Translations under genes and position numbers: made by a program
The notes under the pieces: generated by a model
The model's database searches: none
The model's input: the letters and a program-made list of their open reading frames with translations, nothing else
What the model was told of the DNA's origin: nothing
In this document: in pieces, positions 56,775 to 64,000 of the stretch
Layout of the letters: each line of letters opens with the position of its first letter
Position numbering within the stretch: position 1 is the first letter of the stretch
Assembly: GCA_017541375.1 (NCBI GenBank)
Contig: JAFXZE010000006.1
Coordinates: forward strand, 166,125-230,124
Direction: 5' to 3'
Source: Clostridia bacterium
Lineage (GTDB): Bacteria; Bacillota; Clostridia; Christensenellales; UBA1242
Length of the DNA stretch: 64,000 nt

Positions 56775-57920
56775 GTGTGGGCGTTGGAAAATAAATCTGG
56801 AATTTCACTTTACGTACACATTCCTTTTTGTGTAAGTAAGTGCACATATTGTAGTTTTTGTTCTTTTGTGCCTCATGATGATGAGATGGCAAAGTATTTA
56901 CAAAATCTAATAAAAGAAATTGAATTAGTAGGGAAGAAGATTAGAAAGTCTGTCTTTTCTATATATATAGGAGGAGGAACGCCTTCAGTGCTACCACTTG
57001 GTGCTATTTCCCAAATAGTGGAGATGATAAAAAAGTGTTTTGATGTGTTACCAAATGTTTCTATTACAATTGAAGCTAATCCTAATTCAATTAATCTTGA
57101 TAAAGCGCAGGAGTATTATGCGTGCGGTATAAGACGCGTGAGTATTGGACTACAAAGCGCGAGTAGCGCTGTGCTCAAAACCTTAAATAGAGCGCACAAT
57201 TGGGCTGATTTCGAAAATGCGATAAAGATAGTAAGATCAGTTGGTTTTGAGGATATAAATGCTGATATTATGCTAGGGGTACCAAATCAAAGCATGTCTG
57301 ATGTAGTTGATACACTAGAAAAAGTAATAGCTCTGCCTATAACTCATGTGTCAGCTTATGGACTTATTTTAGAGGAAAAAACGCCATTGTTAGATAAAGT
57401 ACAGTCTGGTGAAATCGCATTACCTAGTGAAGATGAAACGGTAGATATGTATGATTATGTGGTTGATACTTTATCTAAAAATGGCTTTTTTCGGTATGAG
57501 ATAAGTAATTTTGCAAAAGTTGGTTTTGAGTCGATTCACAATAATAATTATTGGGCTAGAGGGGAATTTATTGGTGTGGGGCTAAACGCATATTCATTTT
57601 TAGATGGTGAGCATTATCAAAATACTAATAACTTTCACGCATATTGCAAAAAACTTTCTGAAAATCACTTACCAAAAGAACAAGAAGAAAAAGAAAATCC
57701 GATTACTGCTCAAAATGAGACAATAATGTTGGCTTTGCGCACAACAAGAGGGCTGAATATTTCAAAATTTAACAAAAAGTTTGGAGTGGATTTCTGTAAA
57801 AAGTTTCGCAATACTATTGATAAATTAATAAAAAATGATTTGATAGTTTTAGAAAAAGGCTTTTTGCGGATAAAAAATTTGTATATTTCAAATTCGATAA
57901 TTGTAGAGTTTTTTGAGTAA
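56775..57920 (+). CDS. hemW: radical SAM heme chaperone HemW
   Basis: YVHIPFCVSKCTYCSF (CX3CX2C), GGGTPS and the HemN_C-like tail. Conserved lepA-hemW synteny. Start may be the TTG at 56784. Confidence 0.85.
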   Translation: MWALENKSGISLYVHIPFCVSKCTYCSFCSFVPHDDEMAKYLQNLIKEIELVGKKIRKSVFSIYIGGGTPSVLPLGAISQIVEMIKKCFDVLPNVSITIEANPNSINLDKAQEYYACGIRRVSIGLQSASSAVLKTLNRAHNWADFENAIKIVRSVGFEDINADIMLGVPNQSMSDVVDTLEKVIALPITHVSAYGLILEEKTPLLDKVQSGEIALPSEDETVDMYDYVVDTLSKNGFFRYEISNFAKVGFESIHNNNYWARGEFIGVGLNAYSFLDGEHYQNTNNFHAYCKKLSENHLPKEQEEKENPITAQNETIMLALRTTRGLNISKFNKKFGVDFCKKFRNTIDKLIKNDLIVLEKGFLRIKNLYISNSIIVEFFE

Positions 57921-57999
57921 AAGCGATGTTTTAATCGAGATTAATTGACTTTTTTGGGGTGAAGTGTTAAACTAAAACGAAAGCAAAGGGAGCTAAAAA

Positions 58000-59163
58000 A
58001 TGGAAAAAATATATCTTGATAATGCAGCAACAACTCCGATTAGTAGTGAAGTGCTGAATGAGATGATGCCTTATCTTACAACTAATTTTGGAAATCCTAA
58101 TAGTATCCACTCATTCGGTCGAGGAGCAAAGGCTGGGATTGATAAAGCTAGATTGAGAGTAGCTCATGCTCTGGGGTGTAATCCTGATGAGGTTTTTTTT
58201 ACGAGTGGAGCAACTGAAAGTAATAATTGGTTTATAAGGGAATATGCTCACTCTAACAGTAAAAAAGGCAAACATATCATTACTACCAAAATCGAGCATC
58301 CAAGTGTGATAGAGCCTTGTAAAAAACTTGAGCAAGAAGGATACAAAGTTACATATTTGGATGTTGATCAATTTGGGTTGGTAAAAATTGAGCAACTACT
58401 CGATTGTATTTCGGCTGATACTATCCTCATTGCGGTGATGACAGCTAATAATGAGGTTGGTACAATTCAAAATGTGCAGGCAATTTCAAACATCGCTGAT
58501 GAACACGGCATAGCTTTCTTTACCGATGCGACTCAAGCTGTTGGGGCAATAAATATCAATATGAAGGAAATGGGGATTGAAGCTTTGTCTTTTAGTGGAC
58601 ACAAGATAAATGGACCAAAAGGTGTGGGAGTTTTGTGTATTCAAAAAGGAGTTAAAATTGCTTCGTTTATGCTAGGCGGTGAGCAAGAAAGCGGAATGCG
58701 TGCAGGAACAAGCAATGTCGCTGGCATTGTTGGACTAGGTAAAGCTGTAGAATTGGCTTGTCGTGATGTAGCAGTTAATAGTAAAAAATTGCGAGAAATG
58801 CGTGATTACCTCATTCGAAACATCAAAGAAAAAATTGATGTTGTAAAACTTAATGGGCATCCAAAACAGCGTTTACCAAATAATGTGAATATGTCTTTTG
58901 GAATGATTGATGGAGAGAGCCTAACATGCTTACTTGATACTTGTGGCATTGCTGTAAGTACAGGCTCTGCATGTTCTTCAGGCTTAACTTCTCCCAGTCA
59001 TGTTTTACAGGCCATGGGGCTGAGTCAGGATTTTGTAAAAGGAGCAGTAAGATTCTCTCTAGGCGTAGGAGTAACAAAAACTGAGTTAGATTATGTAATA
59101 GCTAAGTTGGTAGAGTGTGTGAATAAATTAAGAAAAATTTCCCCAAAAACTAAAAAAGAGTAG
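58000..59163 (+). CDS. nifS: cysteine desulfurase (NifS/IscS type)
   Basis: PLP lysine context FSGHKINGPKGVG and catalytic loop STGSACSSG. Confidence 0.85.
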   Translation: MEKIYLDNAATTPISSEVLNEMMPYLTTNFGNPNSIHSFGRGAKAGIDKARLRVAHALGCNPDEVFFTSGATESNNWFIREYAHSNSKKGKHIITTKIEHPSVIEPCKKLEQEGYKVTYLDVDQFGLVKIEQLLDCISADTILIAVMTANNEVGTIQNVQAISNIADEHGIAFFTDATQAVGAININMKEMGIEALSFSGHKINGPKGVGVLCIQKGVKIASFMLGGEQESGMRAGTSNVAGIVGLGKAVELACRDVAVNSKKLREMRDYLIRNIKEKIDVVKLNGHPKQRLPNNVNMSFGMIDGESLTCLLDTCGIAVSTGSACSSGLTSPSHVLQAMGLSQDFVKGAVRFSLGVGVTKTELDYVIAKLVECVNKLRKISPKTKKE

Positions 59164-59173
59164 GTAGATAATA

Positions 59174-59539
59174 ATGGATGAAAGCAATGATAAGCTAATT
59201 GAGGCATTTAAAAATCCAAAAAATGTTGGTTTATTGCGTGGAGCAAACGCTATTGGAAGAGCTGTAGATAAAGAACGAAGCGATTTGCTAAAAATTTATC
59301 TTAAAATTGACAATAAAAAAATAATAGAAGCTAGATTCAAGGCTTTTGGTAGTTCATCACTCATAGCTATCAGTTCTATTGCTACTACAATGATTATCGG
59401 CAAACCTATCGACATATTGGATAATTTTGACATAAGTTTGATTGAGAACGAGGTAGGGGAGATAGCTCCTCACAGTAGATATTGTTTGAATATGTTATGT
59501 GAGGCTTTGGCTAATGCGAAAGAAAACTATCATAAATAG
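59174..59539 (+). CDS. IscU/NifU-like protein lacking two of three cluster-ligand cysteines
   Basis: Aligns to IscU across its length (NPKNVG, ARFKAFG.SS.IA.SS). CGD reads RSD and GCGS reads GSSS. Only the C-terminal Cys (SRYC) is retained. Confidence 0.65.
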   Translation: MDESNDKLIEAFKNPKNVGLLRGANAIGRAVDKERSDLLKIYLKIDNKKIIEARFKAFGSSSLIAISSIATTMIIGKPIDILDNFDISLIENEVGEIAPHSRYCLNMLCEALANAKENYHK

Positions 59540-59609
59540 CTTTTTCCAACTTTTTACTTATATATTTTGCGTGGTTTGGCGCAAGATAATTGTAGAAAGG
59601 AGGCAAACT

Positions 59610-59744
59610 ATGAAAGATGGTGTGATATTAGGTATGCTTATCGGAGCAGTGGCTGGTGCTATTGTAGTGCAAACTTGCAAGCCTGTACAAGATATAATAG
59701 AGAAGGGTAAGCAAAAGTTTAAAGAAAAAGTTGCAAAAATGTAA
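59610..59744 (+). CDS. 44-aa membrane/YtxH-like small protein
   Basis: MKDGVILGMLIGAVAGAIVVQTCKPVQDIIEKGKQKFKEKVAKM. SD AAGGAGG lies 7 nt upstream and a hairpin lies downstream. The track ORF 59499.. is a spurious 5-prime extension. Confidence 0.5.
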   Translation: MKDGVILGMLIGAVAGAIVVQTCKPVQDIIEKGKQKFKEKVAKM

Positions 59745-59956
59745 GATGGGTTATACTCATCTTTATTTATATATATAATAATATATAGGAAGTAAAATTA
59801 CAAAAAAATAGTATTTTGCGCATAGTTTAGATTAATTTTGTATACTAAAAATTGAGAATAAATAGGGGTAATTATAGTAAAAAGTATAAGTAAAAATTTA
59901 ATTTATAATAAAAAAATAACATTTTAACGCAAAAACTATGCGTAAAATGTTTTTTA

Positions 59957-60032
59957 TGGAGCTGGTGATGGGACTCGAACCCACGATCTGTTGATTACGA
60001 ATCAACTGCTCTACCAACTGAGCCACACCAGC
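59957..60032 (-). tRNA. tRNA-Thr (CGT)
   Basis: Acceptor GCTGGTG/CACCAGC, anticodon loop TTCGTAA, T arm GTGGG-TTCGAGT-CCCAT, encoded CCA. TTGATA-17-TAAAAT promoter upstream and a hairpin downstream. Confidence 0.85.
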
Positions 60033-60116
60033 AGGTTGATGATTATGATTAACCATAGAAAATATTTTATCACAGTTTGAAAAAATTATCAACTAAAAAT
60101 AGTAAGTTTTATACGG

Positions 60117-60144
60117 ACAAGTATCTTATGAAAGTCATAAACTG
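60117..60144 (+). promoter_or_regulatory. candidate mother-cell (sigma-E/sigma-K type) promoter
   Basis: AC (60117-60118), 17 nt, CATAAACTG (60136-60144), about 30 nt upstream of ATG 60176. Confidence 0.3.
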
Positions 60145-60175
60145 ATAGTGCGGGTAAGAAAAGAAGGAGAAAATT

Positions 60176-60754
60176 ATGTTTGATAATTTTTGTAAATGTA
60201 TGCGTCAAAATTTAAATTGTTGTAATTGCAGAAAAGTTAGGTCAACTCAAACTTGTTGGGGAGAGCCTTTCTTTTGTCCAAGAGTAAATAGTTTTGTTTT
60301 GCGAGGACCTAGAGGGTTACCTGGTCCTAGAGGACCTCAAGGTTTACCTGGGGTGAGCGCTATTTCTAATTTTGGAAATTTTTCGAACGCAGAAAATCAG
60401 AATGTAGCTAGTGGTGAAAGTGTAGATTTGGGGGCTGCCACCGTTTTGGTTGGTAATGCAATTTTAGCGCAAGCTAGGAGCGATAGTATAAGTTTATTAT
60501 CAGGCACATACTTGATTTTTGGAAATCTTAGTGGCGTCAGTTCGTCTGATGGTTGCGTTAGTTTTAGTTTGAATATTGGTTCACAAAATAATGTTTTTTT
60601 AGATTTGGAAGATGTTGATGACAATCAAACATTTAGTTTGGGAGGAAACACTATAGTTTTGGTGGGGGAAAATTCTAGTTTGTCTATAGTAAATATTTCC
60701 CAATTTAGTGTTGAGGTTCAAAATATTTCATTAAGTATTGTAAAACTTGTTTGA
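60176..60754 (+). CDS. BclA-like collagen-repeat protein (exosporium/spore-surface type)
   Basis: Cys-rich N-terminus, six GXY triplets (GPRGLPGPRGPQGLPGVS), and a C-terminal beta-rich domain with a BclA/C1q-like pattern. Confidence 0.6.
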   Translation: MFDNFCKCMRQNLNCCNCRKVRSTQTCWGEPFFCPRVNSFVLRGPRGLPGPRGPQGLPGVSAISNFGNFSNAENQNVASGESVDLGAATVLVGNAILAQARSDSISLLSGTYLIFGNLSGVSSSDGCVSFSLNIGSQNNVFLDLEDVDDNQTFSLGGNTIVLVGENSSLSIVNISQFSVEVQNISLSIVKLV

Positions 60755-60811
60755 TTTAGTTGCTAAAAAATTTGAAATTAGTTATACTAATGAAAAAGGA
60801 GTGGGCGACTC

Positions 60812-61342
60812 ATGAAAGAAACAAAAGATAATGCGCAGCTAAAAGTACAAAATAGTGAAGTTAATCTATTAGACGATAAAAAAAACCGTAAAAATACTCT
60901 AAGTAAACAAGAATCAAAAAAAGAAGTAGCCATTATCATAAATGTGAATAAAAGAGTAAAACCTGTTAGGCATGGAAGTGATATTCAATTTGTGGATAGG
61001 GTAAGGCTATATTCAATGAAATCAAAAGGAAAGAAAAGTTTAGTTTCATCTGTGTATGGAATAAAGTTGGTGTCTGCTTTGAGTTATCTTTGTTTTTTCT
61101 TGCCACTCATTTTTTGTAGGCACGAACCTTATGCAATATTTCACGCAAATCAATCCTTGATTTTATGGATGACTGTTTCGATTTTGTATGTAGCACTTTG
61201 GTTATTATCGGTAAATGCTATATTTTTATTGATAGTTATGATTTTTCATATACTAGGGCTTTTCTTTGGAATGTATAATGCAACTCACAATAGAGCTAGG
61301 AGTTTTTTCGGAACAAATAAGTTGTATGTATTTCGTGCTTAA
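60812..61342 (+). CDS. membrane protein, DUF4870-like C-terminal domain
   Basis: Lys-rich N-terminal region followed by SYLCFFLPLIF..EPYAIFHANQSLILW and 2-3 TM helices. Confidence 0.45.
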   Translation: MKETKDNAQLKVQNSEVNLLDDKKNRKNTLSKQESKKEVAIIINVNKRVKPVRHGSDIQFVDRVRLYSMKSKGKKSLVSSVYGIKLVSALSYLCFFLPLIFCRHEPYAIFHANQSLILWMTVSILYVALWLLSVNAIFLLIVMIFHILGLFFGMYNATHNRARSFFGTNKLYVFRA

Positions 61343-61503
61343 AAAAGAATAAGAGTGTGCTTTTGCATACTCTTAGTTTTGCATTATAAAAAATTATAGA
61401 AAAATTGTTGGTTTTTTTAAAAAACGCGCAAATTTATTTGACTTTATTATATTTTAGTAATATAATAATTAAAAACTGGGCTAAAAAAATGAGGAGGTTA
61501 ATT

Positions 61504-62661
61504 GTGGCGAAGCGGAATGTTGCTGTGCTTGATTTTGGTTCAAATCATATCTCAGTGCTGATTGGAGAAAAAAGTGTCAACGATACTTTTACTGTGAAGG
61601 GGTACGCAAAGAGCTTTTATGGGGGCTTTTTAGAAGGGGAAATACTAGAACCAGAAAATTTGGAAGAAGTATTGTGTAAGACTATTTCAACAGCAGAAGG
61701 GAATGCACACACTCGTATTACGCATTTATACATTGGGGCTCCTGCAGAATTTTGTATATGTGAGGTTTGTACCAAAGCTATTCGTTTTTCTAGGAGAAAA
61801 AAGATTTTAGAGCGTGATGTACAAGATTTGTTTGATAAGGCTAATGATTTTTATAGTAATCCTACTCACAAAGTTTTGCAAACAAGTGCTATTTGTTTTG
61901 AATTAGATAATGGCGAACAAGTGATAGATGCTGTTGGTTGTGTATCATCAATATTGAGAGCTACTATTTCATTTACATTGTGTGAGAGAAGATTTTTGGG
62001 CACAGTTTTAAAGGCGATCGATAAATTGCGTATACCAAATATTGAGTTTGTCTGTGAACCTTTAGCGGAAGCATTACACTTGATAGAACCAGTAAAGCGT
62101 GATAGTAGTGCAATTTTGGTGGATTGTGGATATCTTACAACATCGGTTTCAGTTATTGTGGGAGATGGTATAGTGTTTATGCGAAGCTTTTCACTTGGGG
62201 GAGGCCACATAACTAAAGACATTGCAGAATACTTAAAGTTACCTTTCTCAGTTGCGGAGGCTGTAAAGAAAAAACTTGTGCTTACAGGAAAGCCAATGGA
62301 AAATGAAAACTTAGTTATTAAAGCTAATTCTCAAAATATAAAAGTGGATGCATCAGCTTGTTATGATATTGCAGTAACAAAGGTCCGACAAATTGGAAAA
62401 ATGATTCAAAAGTGTTTGGATGGGTGTGAGATAAATTATTTAGACAATGCGCCCATTTGTTTGACTGGGGGAGGAATAAGTTATCTAAGGGGCGTAACTA
62501 GTTTGCTCGAACAAGTTTTGGGGCAAAAAGTAGTTATAATTGGTCCTGAAGTGCCACAAATGGCAGAGCCTGTCAATAGTGCGATACTTGGATTACTGGA
62601 TTATGCGTTAAAGAAAAATCGGGCTGAAAGTTCGTTTTGGATAAGAATATTTAGCAATTAA
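61504..62661 (+). CDS. ftsA: cell division protein FtsA
   Basis: GTG 61504 lies 6 nt after GAGGAGG (alternative ATG 61489 has no SD). [28 protein letters not shown] and a C-terminal amphipathic helix. TTGACT-17-TATAAT promoter at 61438-61466. Confidence 0.8.
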   Translation: MAKRNVAVLDFGSNHISVLIGEKSVNDTFTVKGYAKSFYGGFLEGEILEPENLEEVLCKTISTAEGNAHTRITHLYIGAPAEFCICEVCTKAIRFSRRKKILERDVQDLFDKANDFYSNPTHKVLQTSAICFELDNGEQVIDAVGCVSSILRATISFTLCERRFLGTVLKAIDKLRIPNIEFVCEPLAEALHLIEPVKRDSSAILVDCGYLTTSVSVIVGDGIVFMRSFSLGGGHITKDIAEYLKLPFSVAEAVKKKLVLTGKPMENENLVIKANSQNIKVDASACYDIAVTKVRQIGKMIQKCLDGCEINYLDNAPICLTGGGISYLRGVTSLLEQVLGQKVVIIGPEVPQMAEPVNSAILGLLDYALKKNRAESSFWIRIFSN

Positions 62662-62674
62662 AAGGGAGAAAAGT

Positions 62675-63844
62675 ATGGAAACATATAATAGTTTTGGGAT
62701 GAATTCCAATAGAGGGGATATAAATCCTGTAGTAAAGATAAAAGTAATTGGAGTTGGCGGCGGTGGTAATAACGCTGTAAATCGTATGATAGACGCAGGA
62801 GTAAGTGGAGTGGAATTTATCGCTGTAAATACAGATAAACAAGCATTGCAGATTAGTAAGGCTGATTATAGGATTCAGATAGGTTCTAAACTTACCAAAG
62901 GTTGGGGGGCGGGAGCTGACCCAGCAATTGGGTGTCAAGCTGCCGAAGAAAATCTTGAAGAGCTTACTCAAGCTGTGAGTGATGCAGATCTAGTATTTAT
63001 CACCGCAGGAATGGGTGGTGGAACAGGAACAGGAGCTGCTCCAATGATTGCAGGTCTAACAAAAGATAAGGAAATTCTTACTATTGCTGTGGTAACAAAA
63101 CCCTTTAACTTTGAAGGCAGACACCGTATGGAGAATGCTGAAAAGGGAATCGAAGCACTGCGTAAAGTGGTGGATTCGTTAGTTATTATCCCTAACGAAA
63201 AGCTCTTTAAACTAGTGCCTAAGGGGACAAGTATTGTAGAGACATTTAAGTGCGCCGATGATGTGTTACGTCAAGGAGTGCAAGGTATTTCAAACTTAAT
63301 TATTGAAAATTCTCTTATCAACCTTGACTTTGCTGATGTGCGTGCTACAATGAAAAATAAGGGATTAGCTCACATGGGAATAGGGCGAGCTAAAGGTGAG
63401 CGTCGAATTTTTGAGGCTTTGAGTCAGGCTGTATCCAGTCCGCTACTAGAGACTACTATAGAAGGAGCTACTGGTATCATCTTCAATGTGAAGGGTGGTA
63501 CGAGTTTGCCTATAGATCAGGTACACGAAGCTGCTGATTTGATGCGTGAGATTGTAGATCCAAACTGTAATATAATTTTTGGAGCCAGTATCGATGAATC
63601 CCTCGATGATACTGTAGAGATTACCGTTATTGCTACTGGTTTTAAAGATGGTGGTATATTGACATCAGATTTGTCTTCTGGAGAAGAGGAAAACCAGAAA
63701 TATGCAGACTTTTTATCTAGTAGAGTGGGAGCAAAATATGGGGATAATGACAGCGCAGACTCCGAAAATACTGGTTCGAGTAGAATGTCTGTAGATTTTG
63801 ATGAAGCCGACATTCCTGCGTTTGTAAAAAAGATGAAAAAATAA
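62675..63844 (+). CDS. ftsZ: cell division protein FtsZ
   Basis: [13 protein letters not shown], tubulin signature [12 protein letters not shown] and the C-terminal peptide DIPAFVKKM. Confidence 0.95.
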   Translation: METYNSFGMNSNRGDINPVVKIKVIGVGGGGNNAVNRMIDAGVSGVEFIAVNTDKQALQISKADYRIQIGSKLTKGWGAGADPAIGCQAAEENLEELTQAVSDADLVFITAGMGGGTGTGAAPMIAGLTKDKEILTIAVVTKPFNFEGRHRMENAEKGIEALRKVVDSLVIIPNEKLFKLVPKGTSIVETFKCADDVLRQGVQGISNLIIENSLINLDFADVRATMKNKGLAHMGIGRAKGERRIFEALSQAVSSPLLETTIEGATGIIFNVKGGTSLPIDQVHEAADLMREIVDPNCNIIFGASIDESLDDTVEITVIATGFKDGGILTSDLSSGEEENQKYADFLSSRVGAKYGDNDSADSENTGSSRMSVDFDEADIPAFVKKMKK

Positions 63845-63977
63845 ATATTATCTATTATTTGGAGCAAAATAGTGTAGAACAATCTATGCTATTTTATTTT
63901 TAACTACAGGGGGTTTTTTGTTGACTTTAAAAAAGCTTTCTTATATAATTAATTTAATGTATAGGGGGAGTTACTAA

Positions 63978-64000
63978 TGAAAAATAAGATAATTTTTTCA
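63978..64000 (+). CDS. 5-prime end of an unidentified CDS (MKNKIIFS..) running off the right edge
   Basis: ATG follows SD GGGGGAG, downstream of a TTGACT-17-TATAAT promoter (about 63921-63949). Confidence 0.3.

Noticed and set aside
1-64000. CRISPR arrays, transposases, IS elements, prophage modules, rRNA operons
   Set aside because: None were seen on either strand. There are no periodic repeat-spacer structures, no DDE/serine/tyrosine recombinase-like ORFs and no rRNA-like sequence.

Overview
AT-rich chromosomal backbone that looks like a Firmicutes/Clostridia-type sporeformer. About 65 CDS are called, mostly housekeeping. They include thrS behind a Thr (ACC) T-box leader, secD/secF, recJ, a class I lysK-serS operon, tatD-tcdA-rlmN-smr, mscL, zur-znuA-znuC-znuB plus one extra gene, an HtrA-like lipoprotein protease, tmk-holB-ricT, dnaB, rplS, ctsR-mcsA-clpC, greA, lepA-hemW, nifS with a nifU-like gene, and ftsA-ftsZ. 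RNA genes are five tRNAs (Leu-AAG, Cys-GCA, Leu-TAA, Lys-CTT, Thr-CGT) and RNase P RNA. I saw no transposase, integrase, phage module, CRISPR array or large repeat family. I did not find a convincing self-contained novel multi-gene system, and most of the window is ordinary core genome. The best leads are: (1) a compressed mreB-like/minD/minE/43-aa membrane peptide/spoIVFB-like locus in which MinD has lost its Walker A lysines; (2) a window-wide pattern of conserved-fold proteins with decayed catalytic motifs (MinD, MreB-like, Ppx/GppA-like, HemZ-like, IscU-like, FtsA); (3) a stand-alone tRNA-Leu with an A34 (AAG) anticodon; (4) DnaB with a proline-rich tail ending in SSB-tip-like acidic motifs; (5) a small tRNA-flanked islet of orphan genes including a JAMM-like protein; (6) two candidate spore-surface genes sharing an AC-N17-CATAAACT mother-cell-type promoter; (7) a strong SD followed by ATC rather than a canonical start codon. 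All family calls rest on motif recognition by eye. No database search was run.
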